A stretch of DNA of 24,000 nt from Moritella sp. JT01. GTDB taxonomy: Bacteria; Pseudomonadota; Gammaproteobacteria; Enterobacterales; Moritellaceae. Positions 8,635 through 16,026 of this stretch are shown here, one piece after another (positions within the stretch are counted from its first letter, which is position 1; each line of letters begins with the position of its first letter). The stretch is from positions 84,147-108,146 of the forward strand of contig NZ_LOCN01000009.1 in the NCBI RefSeq assembly GCF_001574435.1, given 5' to 3'. Both the position numbers and the translations under genes were made by a program. The notes below the pieces were generated by a model. The model saw only the letters and a list, made by a program, of their open reading frames with translations, did not search any database and was not told where the DNA came from.

Positions 8635-9098
8635 GTGAATTATTGCTAATGCTGGTAGATGATGCTGTTTTTGCAGGTATCGCTGCCTTTGGCTTTGCGT
8701 TGTTATTCAATGTGCCCAAGCAAGCATTATTGGCGTGTGTGTTATTCGCTGCCAGTGCTCATGCGGTACGCACACTATTATTACATGTAAATGTACCTAT
8801 TGAATGGGCATCATTTATTGCAGCGACCTTGCTGGGATTAGCGACTGTACCTTGGTCTCGAAAAGTGGTTATTCCCCGACCTGTGGTGACGGTTGCTGCG
8901 GTGATCCCAATGATCCCTGGGGTTTATGCTTATAAAACCATGACAGGATTGATGACGTTACACCATCAAGGTTATAGCATGACATTACAGCAACAAGTTG
9001 TTGAAAATGGTTTACTGACTCTTTTTATTTTAATTGGCTTAAGCTTTGGTCTGGCGATCGCGCCTGTGCTGGTGTACCGTAACAAACCTATTGTTTGA
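8631..9098 (+). CDS. Threonine/serine exporter family protein, YjjB-like small subunit
   Basis: 155 aa from ATG 8631. MSELLLMLVDDAVFAGIAAFGFALLFNVPKQAL... resembles E. coli YjjB ([35 protein letters not shown]...), and TVAAVIPMIPG matches TVAAVIPMFPG. GGAGG Shine-Dalgarno sequence at 8619-8623. ATGA start/stop overlap with the upstream gene. Confidence 0.85.
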   Translation: MSELLLMLVDDAVFAGIAAFGFALLFNVPKQALLACVLFAASAHAVRTLLLHVNVPIEWASFIAATLLGLATVPWSRKVVIPRPVVTVAAVIPMIPGVYAYKTMTGLMTLHHQGYSMTLQQQVVENGLLTLFILIGLSFGLAIAPVLVYRNKPIV

Positions 9099-9111
9099 TT
9101 AAGGAGTTGTT

Positions 9112-9600
9112 GTGATTGTTTCTATGATTGCCGCACTGGCAAATAACCGCGTGATTGGTTTAGATAATAAGATGCCGTGGCATTTACCTGCTGAGCTACA
9201 ACTATTTAAACGCGCGACGTTAGGTAAACCTATCGTGATGGGGCGTAATACCTTTGAATCAATTGGTCGTCCATTACCGGGTCGTTTAAATATCGTATTA
9301 AGTCGACAAACAGATTATAAGCCGAAAGGCGTTACTGTTGTTGCTACGCTAGATGATGCAGTCGTGGCAGCTGGTGATGTGGAAGAGTTAATGATTATTG
9401 GTGGTGCAACGATTTACAACCAATGCTTAGCCGCTGCTGATCGTTTGTATTTGACGCATATTGAACTAACAACAGAAGGGGATACTTGGTTCCCTGATTA
9501 TGAGCAGTATAATTGGCAAGAAATTGAACATGAGTCTTATGCGGCAGATGATAAAAACCCGCATGATTACCGCTTTAGTTTACTTGAACGAGTGAAATAG
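9112..9600 (+). CDS. folA: Dihydrofolate reductase (type I)
   Basis: 162 aa. IAALANNRVIG...MPWHLPAELQLFKRATLGKPIVMGRNTFESIGRPLPGR and LYLTHI...GDTWFPDY match E. coli FolA closely. The start is GTG, 5 nt after AAGGAG (9101-9106). Confidence 0.95.
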   Translation: MIVSMIAALANNRVIGLDNKMPWHLPAELQLFKRATLGKPIVMGRNTFESIGRPLPGRLNIVLSRQTDYKPKGVTVVATLDDAVVAAGDVEELMIIGGATIYNQCLAAADRLYLTHIELTTEGDTWFPDYEQYNWQEIEHESYAADDKNPHDYRFSLLERVK

Positions 9601-9632
9601 TTATTCGTTAGTGAGTCGAGTTACTCTAGACC

Positions 9633-9674
9633 AGAAAATAAAATGCCGCGCTAGTGATAGCGCGGCATTTTTTA
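9633..9674. terminator. Bidirectional rho-independent terminator between convergent folA and putP
   Basis: Perfect 14-bp stem aaaatgccgcgcta (9640-9653) / tagcgcggcatttt (9658-9671) with a GTGA tetraloop. A T-run follows on the + strand and an A-run precedes it. Confidence 0.85.
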
Positions 9675-9693
9675 TAGCTATTGCTGGTGGCTA

Positions 9694-11184
9694 TTACGCC
9701 ATTGTATCTAAGCTAGACTCGAATTCGTCGAATTGAGCGTGGATACTTTCGTCTTCTTGTTTACCAATCAGTGAAATGATAACAATCGCGAGAGAAGCAA
9801 AGATGATACCCGGTACGATCTCATACAGGTCAAAAATACCGCCACTTAATTGTTTCCATACGACTACTGTAACCGCACCAATAATAATACCCGCAAGCGC
9901 ACCGTTACGCGTCATACCACGCCAGTATAGTGAGATAATCAGTGTTGGACCAAATGCAGCACCAAAACCAGCCCATGCGTAAGATACTAAGCCAAGTACC
10001 GAACTGTCAGGGTTAAGGGCAAGTAACAATGCAATGATAGACAGACCAACCACACCAAAACGACCAACAGTAACAAGCTCTTCACTTGTTGCTTGTGGAC
10101 GAATTAACTGTTTGTAGAAATCTTCAGCCAGTGCTGATGATGATACAAGTAGTTGTGAATCCGCAGTACTCATGATTGCAGCTAAGATCGCAGCAAGTAG
10201 AATACCAGCAACAACAGGGTGGAAGATGCTGTTCACTAATAACATGAAGATCGTTTCAGCGTCAGCGATAGTGATGTTGTTCGTATTCGTGTACACCAGA
10301 CCCACTAGACCGACTAACATTGCACCAAACATAGACAATGAAGTCCAAACAACCGCAATATGACGTGCTTTAACAAGGTCTTTATTACTACGTGTTGCTT
10401 TGAAACGCGCAAGAATATGTGGTTGACCGAAATAACCTAGGCCCCAAGCAACTAATGAAATGATTGCAATTGCGCTCAGGTCTTCACCTTTGCTGTTTTG
10501 CCATATTGTTAGTAGTTCCGGATTAATGTCGTTCATGGCAGATGCTAGATCGCTAAAGCTACCGTCCATCGCGCTGAGAGGCACGATTAATAGTGCAGCT
10601 GCCATCAATAGACCTTGAACTAAATCAGTCCAAGATACAGCAAGGAAACCACCGAATAGCGTATAAGAAACCACACACAGTGTGCCGAGAATGACCGCGA
10701 GTTGATAATCTAGACCAAATACTGTTTCAAATAATTTACCGCCTGCCACTAAGCCTGCACTTGTATAGAACAAGAAGAACATTAGGATAAAGAATGCTGA
10801 ACAAATTTGAATTGCCTTTGAGTTGTCTTTAAAACGACGAGATAGGAATTCTGGTAAGGTAATTGACTTAGTTACGATACTGTAGGTACGTAAACGTTTC
10901 GCACAGATCAGCCAGTTAAGCCAAGTACCAATTAATAAACCACCTGCTAACCAGATCGCTTCCATACCAGCAGCATATGCATAACCCGGTAAGCCAAGTA
11001 GCAACCAGCCACTCATGTCTGAAGCACCTGCAGATAGGGCCGCAGGCCAAGGACCTAAATTACGGCCACCTAAAAAATAATCCGTTGAACTCTTGGTTTG
11101 TCGATAAGCATACACACCGATACCAAGCATAACAGCAAGGTAAACAAGGAATGTAGCTGTAATAATGAAATTATTTTCAATCAT
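9694..11184 (-). CDS. putP: Sodium/proline symporter (SSF family)
   Basis: 496 aa. YFLGGRNLGPWPAALSAGASDMSGWLLLGLPG, GGFLAVSWTD, GYFGQPHILARF, LVSYAWAGFGAAFGP and MTRNGALAG are near-identical to blocks of E. coli PutP. Confidence 0.93.
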   Translation of the reverse strand: MIENNFIITATFLVYLAVMLGIGVYAYRQTKSSTDYFLGGRNLGPWPAALSAGASDMSGWLLLGLPGYAYAAGMEAIWLAGGLLIGTWLNWLICAKRLRTYSIVTKSITLPEFLSRRFKDNSKAIQICSAFFILMFFLFYTSAGLVAGGKLFETVFGLDYQLAVILGTLCVVSYTLFGGFLAVSWTDLVQGLLMAAALLIVPLSAMDGSFSDLASAMNDINPELLTIWQNSKGEDLSAIAIISLVAWGLGYFGQPHILARFKATRSNKDLVKARHIAVVWTSLSMFGAMLVGLVGLVYTNTNNITIADAETIFMLLVNSIFHPVVAGILLAAILAAIMSTADSQLLVSSSALAEDFYKQLIRPQATSEELVTVGRFGVVGLSIIALLLALNPDSSVLGLVSYAWAGFGAAFGPTLIISLYWRGMTRNGALAGIIIGAVTVVVWKQLSGGIFDLYEIVPGIIFASLAIVIISLIGKQEDESIHAQFDEFESSLDTMA

Positions 11185-11222
11185 GTATATAAGCCTTAGT
11201 TGTAAAGTCGTTATTTTTTATT

Positions 11223-11287
11223 TTTATAGCTAAACTCAACCAAACCACGTCAATATACTGGTTTGCGGTAATATTGATGTGGGTTGG
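11223..11287 (-). promoter_or_regulatory. Candidate putP promoter overlapped by a long imperfect inverted repeat (possible operator)
   Basis: On the minus strand: TTGACG (11253-11248), a 19-nt spacer, then TATAAA (11228-11223). About 17-bp arms ccaaaccacgtcaatat (about 11240-11256) and atattgatgtgggttgg (11271-11287) flank a 14-nt spacer. A competing caaacca/tggtttg pairing is also possible. This rests on pattern only. Confidence 0.3.
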
Positions 11288-11386
11288 CTAAAATTAGGGT
11301 GCAGTATATACGAACAATTATGTCATTACTTAACATTAGGGCAACACTGTGATAACCCGCTTATTATTTAATCTTATTCTAGTCAA

Positions 11387-12211
11387 TTATGTTGCATGTG
11401 TGAGGCATGGAACGGAAAAAACTGCCTTATCTTCCCAGCGTAACATGGTTAAGCTGTTTCCCCATACGCAGCCAGTATCAAGTGTTGTCGCATTTTTATG
11501 ACTGCAATTTCCTTCTAATGCAGCCCAATGACCAAAAATAACATGGGCGCCCTCAAGGTGTGAACCCGTGACTTCATACCAAGGAATATGCTGTATATTA
11601 TTATTTGTCGTAGGTGAATGCTTGTTGTGAAACTCTAACTGTCCATTTGGTGCGCAAAAACGCATCCGGGTAAAGGCATTAATAATAAAGCGGTAGCGAT
11701 CGAAACCTTGCAACTCTTCTCGCCAATAATCAGGTTGAGCACCATACATGTTTGCGAGTAATGCTAGGTAGTCATCGCCACGCAATTGTACATTAACCTC
11801 TTCTGCATAGTGTTTTGCTTGTAGCTGGGTCCATTGTGGACTGATACCGGCATGCACCATGATAATATTGAAGACATCATGATATGCAAGTAGTGGTTGC
11901 TGACGTAACCATAATAGCAATTCATCTTTGTCTTCTGCTGCAAAGATCGCCTGCGTTTTATCCTTAGGGTTTAGCTTCGCTAACCCAGCGTCAATGGCGA
12001 GTAAATGTAAATCATGATTACCAAGTACGGTGACAGCAGCAGAGCCGAGCTGTTTAACAAAACGTAGTGTTTCTAATGATTTTGGGCCTCGGGCAACAAG
12101 GTCTCCTGTTAACCAAAGTTTATCTTGGCGTGGATCGAAATTAGCTTGCTGTAACAAATGTTGCAGATCGTCGAAACAACCTTGAATATCACCAACAAAA
12201 TAAGTTGCCAT
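11387..12211 (-). CDS. apaH: Bis(5'-nucleosyl)-tetraphosphatase, symmetrical
   Basis: 274 aa. MATYFVGDIQGC...LWLTGDLVARGP...GNHD metallophosphatase motifs. Colinear with E. coli ApaH (MATYLIGDVHGC...LWLTGDLVARGP). Confidence 0.95.
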   Translation of the reverse strand: MATYFVGDIQGCFDDLQHLLQQANFDPRQDKLWLTGDLVARGPKSLETLRFVKQLGSAAVTVLGNHDLHLLAIDAGLAKLNPKDKTQAIFAAEDKDELLLWLRQQPLLAYHDVFNIIMVHAGISPQWTQLQAKHYAEEVNVQLRGDDYLALLANMYGAQPDYWREELQGFDRYRFIINAFTRMRFCAPNGQLEFHNKHSPTTNNNIQHIPWYEVTGSHLEGAHVIFGHWAALEGNCSHKNATTLDTGCVWGNSLTMLRWEDKAVFSVPCLTHAT

Positions 12212-12270
12212 GTATAAATTACCTTTCTAGCTGAGCGTGATGAAGTATGTGAGTTAACGCGTTTAATTGA

Positions 12271-12648
12271 TCAGTGTAAAAGATTTGGTGTGACAAGACG
12301 AAATGGTTCGATAGTAATCACCACTAATTCACTGGCATTGAGTTGTAATTCTATCTTTCCCTGAACGATACTCAATGGAGAATGGGTAATTATATCATTG
12401 CTATAGCAAAAATCTTGTTGTGAAGAGATAAGATAATCATTATCTTGAAATGGGTTGTTTAATTCGGAAACTGTGCCGTCGCCGTCAGTGAGTAATAGCT
12501 GGATATTTGATAAGTTAACAGACTGGCTTAATGGATTGGTTAAAGTAATAGTATAAGTAAAGAAGTACCTGTGTTGTGCTGGTACAGATACTTCTTCGAC
12601 ATATTCGGTGTCAATGGTAAGAGTGAATGAATCAGCGATACTTACCAT
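12271..12648 (-). CDS. apaG: ApaG (DUF525) family protein, divergent, lacking the GxGxxG signature
   Basis: 125 aa, the same length as E. coli ApaG, in the canonical rsmA-apaG-apaH slot. RYFFTYTITLTN, TDGDG and PFRLVTPNLLH align with the E. coli protein. The central conserved block is heavily substituted (see finding). Confidence 0.75.
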   Translation of the reverse strand: MVSIADSFTLTIDTEYVEEVSVPAQHRYFFTYTITLTNPLSQSVNLSNIQLLLTDGDGTVSELNNPFQDNDYLISSQQDFCYSNDIITHSPLSIVQGKIELQLNASELVVITIEPFRLVTPNLLH

Positions 12649-12662
12649 TGATATCGACCGTC

Positions 12663-13481
12663 TTAATCCGCTGTTTGCATTGGATTATCGGTGACGAAAT
12701 TGGCGATCGTAACATAGTTTTCAAGCGTTAAGTTTTCAGGACGTAGAGAAACGTTAATACCTAGCGCTGCAATGTCATCAACCGAAATCACCTTTTTCAG
12801 GCTATTACGAATTGTTTTACGGCGTTGGTTAAAGGCATTTCTCACGACATGGTTAAGTACTTTTAAGCTTTTCGCCGGGTGCGGTAATACAGTATGTGGT
12901 TCTAAACGAACAACGGCTGAATCTACTTTGGGTGCTGGTCTAAATGCTTCAGGTCCGACTTCAAGTACCGGTGTTACTCTGCAGTAGTATTGCGTCATTA
13001 CTGTTAAGCGACCGTAACTTTTAGTGTTATGGCTAGCGGCTAAACGTTGTACCACTTCTTTCTGTAACATGAAGTGCATATCTTGGATATCTTCATGGAA
13101 CTCAAATAAGTGGAACATGAGTGGCGTTGAAATATTGTAAGGTAAGTTACCAAAGATACGCATTTTCATGTTCGGTTTGATTAACTGTTTAAAATCAAAA
13201 CGCATTGCATCTGCTTGGTGAATTTCTAACTTTTTAGATAATACCGGGTGTTGCTCTAGGCGTTCAGCAAGATCTCTATCCAGCTCTACGACTGTCATCT
13301 TATCGAGACAATCTGCTACAGGCTCGGTTAAGGCACCTAAGCCGGGACCAATTTCAATTAGGTTTTCACCTTTTTGCGGGTTAATCGATGCAACGATCTG
13401 ACCAATTACATAGGCATCATGTAAGAAGTTTTGACCAAAACGTTTTTTCGCGGTGTGACCTAAATGGACCTTGTCGTTCAT
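12663..13481 (-). CDS. rsmA: 16S rRNA (adenine1518-N6/adenine1519-N6)-dimethyltransferase
   Basis: 272 aa. [11 protein letters not shown] and the SAM-binding [10 protein letters not shown] motif are present. ATGA start/stop overlap with pdxA. Confidence 0.95.
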   Translation of the reverse strand: MNDKVHLGHTAKKRFGQNFLHDAYVIGQIVASINPQKGENLIEIGPGLGALTEPVADCLDKMTVVELDRDLAERLEQHPVLSKKLEIHQADAMRFDFKQLIKPNMKMRIFGNLPYNISTPLMFHLFEFHEDIQDMHFMLQKEVVQRLAASHNTKSYGRLTVMTQYYCRVTPVLEVGPEAFRPAPKVDSAVVRLEPHTVLPHPAKSLKVLNHVVRNAFNQRRKTIRNSLKKVISVDDIAALGINVSLRPENLTLENYVTIANFVTDNPMQTAD

Positions 13482-14461
13482 GCGTGTTTCTCTACCATTT
13501 CTATTGCTTGGTTTACTGCTGTAAACATACTGCCGGCATCGGCTGTTCCAGTACCTGCAAGTTCAATTGCAGTACCGTGATCAACTGATGTACGGATAAA
13601 AGGTAAGCCCAGGGTAATATTTACTGAGCTGCCAAAACCAACCGATTTTAATACCGGTAATCCTTGGTCGTGATACATTGCTAATACAACGTCAGCATCA
13701 TCAAGATACTTAGGTTGGAACAAGGTATCTGCAGGGAGGGGACCTGTCAAATCCATACCCTCATCGCGAAGTTTCATTAACGTCGGAGAGATGATCTCAA
13801 TCTCTTCGCGACCTAGATGTCCATCTTCACCTGCATGTGGATTGAGTCCACATACATAAATTTTTGGTCGTTCAATACCAAACTTATTTTTCATTTCAGC
13901 GTGCAGGATGCGAATAATATTACTTAATCGTTCTTCTGTTATCGCTTTTGCAACGTAGGCTAGTGGAATATGTGTGGTTACTAACGCAACACGTAGCCCC
14001 GTTGTTGCCAGCAGCATCACCACGTCGGCGGTTTCTGATTGCTGCGCAAAAAATTCAGTGTGGCCGCTAAAAGACACACCTGCTTTATTAATAATGCCTT
14101 TATTAACTGGTCCTGTGACTACAGCGCTAAATTCTGCAGACATATTCCCTTCACATGCAAATTGCAGAGTATCCAATACATAGCGGCCATTCGCTACATC
14201 AAGCTTACCGGGCTCCGCGGATACCGCCATTTTCATTGGTGCGATAGTTAACGTACCGGCACGTTGTGGTTGTGCTGGTACACTTGGATCATAGTCGATT
14301 AATTCAATCGTTTTACCCAGTATTTTTGCTCGAGATAAAATGAGTTCTGGATCTGCGCAAAGTACCAGTTCAACTGGCCAGTCTTGCTTCGCTAATTCCA
14401 GTATTAGATCTGGGCCAATGCCAGCTGGCTCACCTGGAGTGATTGCTATACGATGAGTCAC
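13478..14461 (-). CDS. pdxA: 4-hydroxythreonine-4-phosphate dehydrogenase
   Basis: 327 aa. [38 protein letters not shown] and [13 protein letters not shown] match E. coli PdxA. GTG start preceded by AGGTGA. Confidence 0.95.
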   Translation of the reverse strand: MTHRIAITPGEPAGIGPDLILELAKQDWPVELVLCADPELILSRAKILGKTIELIDYDPSVPAQPQRAGTLTIAPMKMAVSAEPGKLDVANGRYVLDTLQFACEGNMSAEFSAVVTGPVNKGIINKAGVSFSGHTEFFAQQSETADVVMLLATTGLRVALVTTHIPLAYVAKAITEERLSNIIRILHAEMKNKFGIERPKIYVCGLNPHAGEDGHLGREEIEIISPTLMKLRDEGMDLTGPLPADTLFQPKYLDDADVVLAMYHDQGLPVLKSVGFGSSVNITLGLPFIRTSVDHGTAIELAGTGTADAGSMFTAVNQAIEMVEKHA

Positions 14462-14472
14462 ATTTTCACCTG

Positions 14473-15771
14473 TTACGATTCATTATCTAAAATACGAATA
14501 TAAGCTTCTTGTTTTAATTCATTTAACCAAGCTTGGCTTTCTTCGGCTGCACGACGATTATACAACAATTGCCATGCTTTTTGGCGATTTGCTTTATCTG
14601 TCGTATCTTGTGTACGCCTATCAAGTAGTTGCACTATATGCCAGCCATGGCTAGAACGAAATGCAGGGCTTATTTCACCTTTTTTCAAGTTTTTTAGCGC
14701 TAATTTAAATGCGGGTACATAGATGTTTGGATCTGCCCAGCCTAATTCACCGCCTTTGACAGCAGAGCCTGTATCATCTGAATAGGCTTTAGCGAGTTCA
14801 GCAAAGTCCGCGTCACCTGATTTAATACGGGCTAAATAATCATTTAATAATGATTTCGCTTTGTCGTCGCTTAAGATTACGGATGGTTTAACCAGAATAT
14901 GACGTGCATTGACTTCTTTTGTCATTACAGTTTCTACGCCACGCATATCGGTAATTTTGATGATATGTAAACCCGCACCACTGCGGATAGGACCGATGAT
15001 GTCCCCTTTTTTGGCATTGGTCACTGCTTCTGCGAATAGTGTCGGCATTTCATTGATATTCATCCAGCCCCAATCACCACCATCAAGTGCTTTTGGACCT
15101 GCAGAGACGGCTAAAGCGAGACTTGAGAATACTTCGCCTGCATTTAGCTGTGTTTGTATATCGGTAATTTTAGTTTGTAATGCTTCCATCGTCGTGCTAT
15201 CTGCTTCATTAGGTACACGTAGCATGATATGACTTACACGATATTGTAGATTTTTCTGTCCCTGTTCGTTGATGATCGCAAGTAGGTTATCAACGTCTTG
15301 ATCCGAAATGGTGATCCGACGACGCATTTGCATACGCTGTACTTCGTTGGTTAATAACTGAATGCGTAGTTCTTCTTTATAGTCGTTAAAATTACCACCA
15401 TCAGCAAGGATACTTTCACGCAGCTGTTCAACGGTTTGGTTATTACCTTTCGCAATATTGTTTAACGTATCATCGAGCTGAGCATTACTAATACGCATGC
15501 CCATTTTTTTTGCTATTTGTAATTGCAGGCTATCAATGATGAGTTTATCTAACGCTTGTTGGGTCAGTACCTTTTCCGATGGTAAGGTTTGGCCAGCTTT
15601 TGTTGCTCGTTTTGTTACCGAGCTTGTTAATGCGTTGACATCACTCGCTAAAATAACTTCTTCATTAACAATCGCAATCACTTCATCGAGCTTAGTTAGC
15701 TCGGCCTGAGCTTGCCAGCTCGCTACAACTATGACTCCAGATAATAGAGTCTTAATTACTTTTTTAATCAC
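14473..15771 (-). CDS. surA: Periplasmic chaperone / peptidyl-prolyl isomerase SurA
   Basis: 432 aa. Signal peptide [23 protein letters not shown]. Two parvulin-like modules (...GLHIIKI..., ...[12 protein letters not shown]). Canonical lptD-surA-pdxA order. GTG start with AGGA 9 nt upstream. Confidence 0.93.
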   Translation of the reverse strand: MIKKVIKTLLSGVIVVASWQAQAELTKLDEVIAIVNEEVILASDVNALTSSVTKRATKAGQTLPSEKVLTQQALDKLIIDSLQLQIAKKMGMRISNAQLDDTLNNIAKGNNQTVEQLRESILADGGNFNDYKEELRIQLLTNEVQRMQMRRRITISDQDVDNLLAIINEQGQKNLQYRVSHIMLRVPNEADSTTMEALQTKITDIQTQLNAGEVFSSLALAVSAGPKALDGGDWGWMNINEMPTLFAEAVTNAKKGDIIGPIRSGAGLHIIKITDMRGVETVMTKEVNARHILVKPSVILSDDKAKSLLNDYLARIKSGDADFAELAKAYSDDTGSAVKGGELGWADPNIYVPAFKLALKNLKKGEISPAFRSSHGWHIVQLLDRRTQDTTDKANRQKAWQLLYNRRAAEESQAWLNELKQEAYIRILDNES

Positions 15772-15955
15772 TTTATGAATTCCTATTCAATATCGACTAT
15801 AACTGAGACAGCAGTAGGCTGAAAACTATCAATTTTTACCACGGGAAAGTATGAGGATCGTGTAATTCGCTGAAGACCGAGGTGAAAAAGTAAGCGGAAG
15901 TATACCTTGTCAGGCTTTCAATGCAATCGTCATAATCTGTAAATCCCTTTTTGAC

Positions 15956-15987
15956 TGATAACGGCGGGTTCATTACCGCCGTTATCA
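15956..15987 (-). other. Perfect 12-bp stem-loop in the lptD-surA spacer
   Basis: tgataacggcgg (15956-15967) and ccgccgttatca (15976-15987) flank an 8-nt loop. Neither strand has a U-tract after it, so it is not a canonical intrinsic terminator. Confidence 0.8.
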
Positions 15988-16026
15988 TGCCTAAGTTGTA
16001 TTTATCAATTTGTTTATAAACCACGT

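Noticed and set aside
14909-15232. 107-aa plus-strand ORF antisense to surA, and similar shadow ORFs (2761-2958, 5117-5396, 6618-6812, 6949-7149, 7827-8178, 9776-10363, 12772-12987, 13388-13588, 13974-14251, 15497-15709, 16403-16624, 19038-19232, 20288-20708, 21557-21763, 22530-22724, 23010-23500)
   Set aside because: All are embedded in, or antisense to, strongly supported conserved CDSs. They have low-complexity or Cys/Ser-rich translations typical of shadow frames, and none has a ribosome-binding site.
15836-16024. 62-aa ORF between lptD and surA, considered as a protein-coding gene
   Set aside because: It has a GTG start with no Shine-Dalgarno sequence 2 nt after the lptD stop. A 12-bp perfect hairpin lies inside it, and its composition is not protein-like. 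I kept it as an open question in the findings but did not call it as a CDS.
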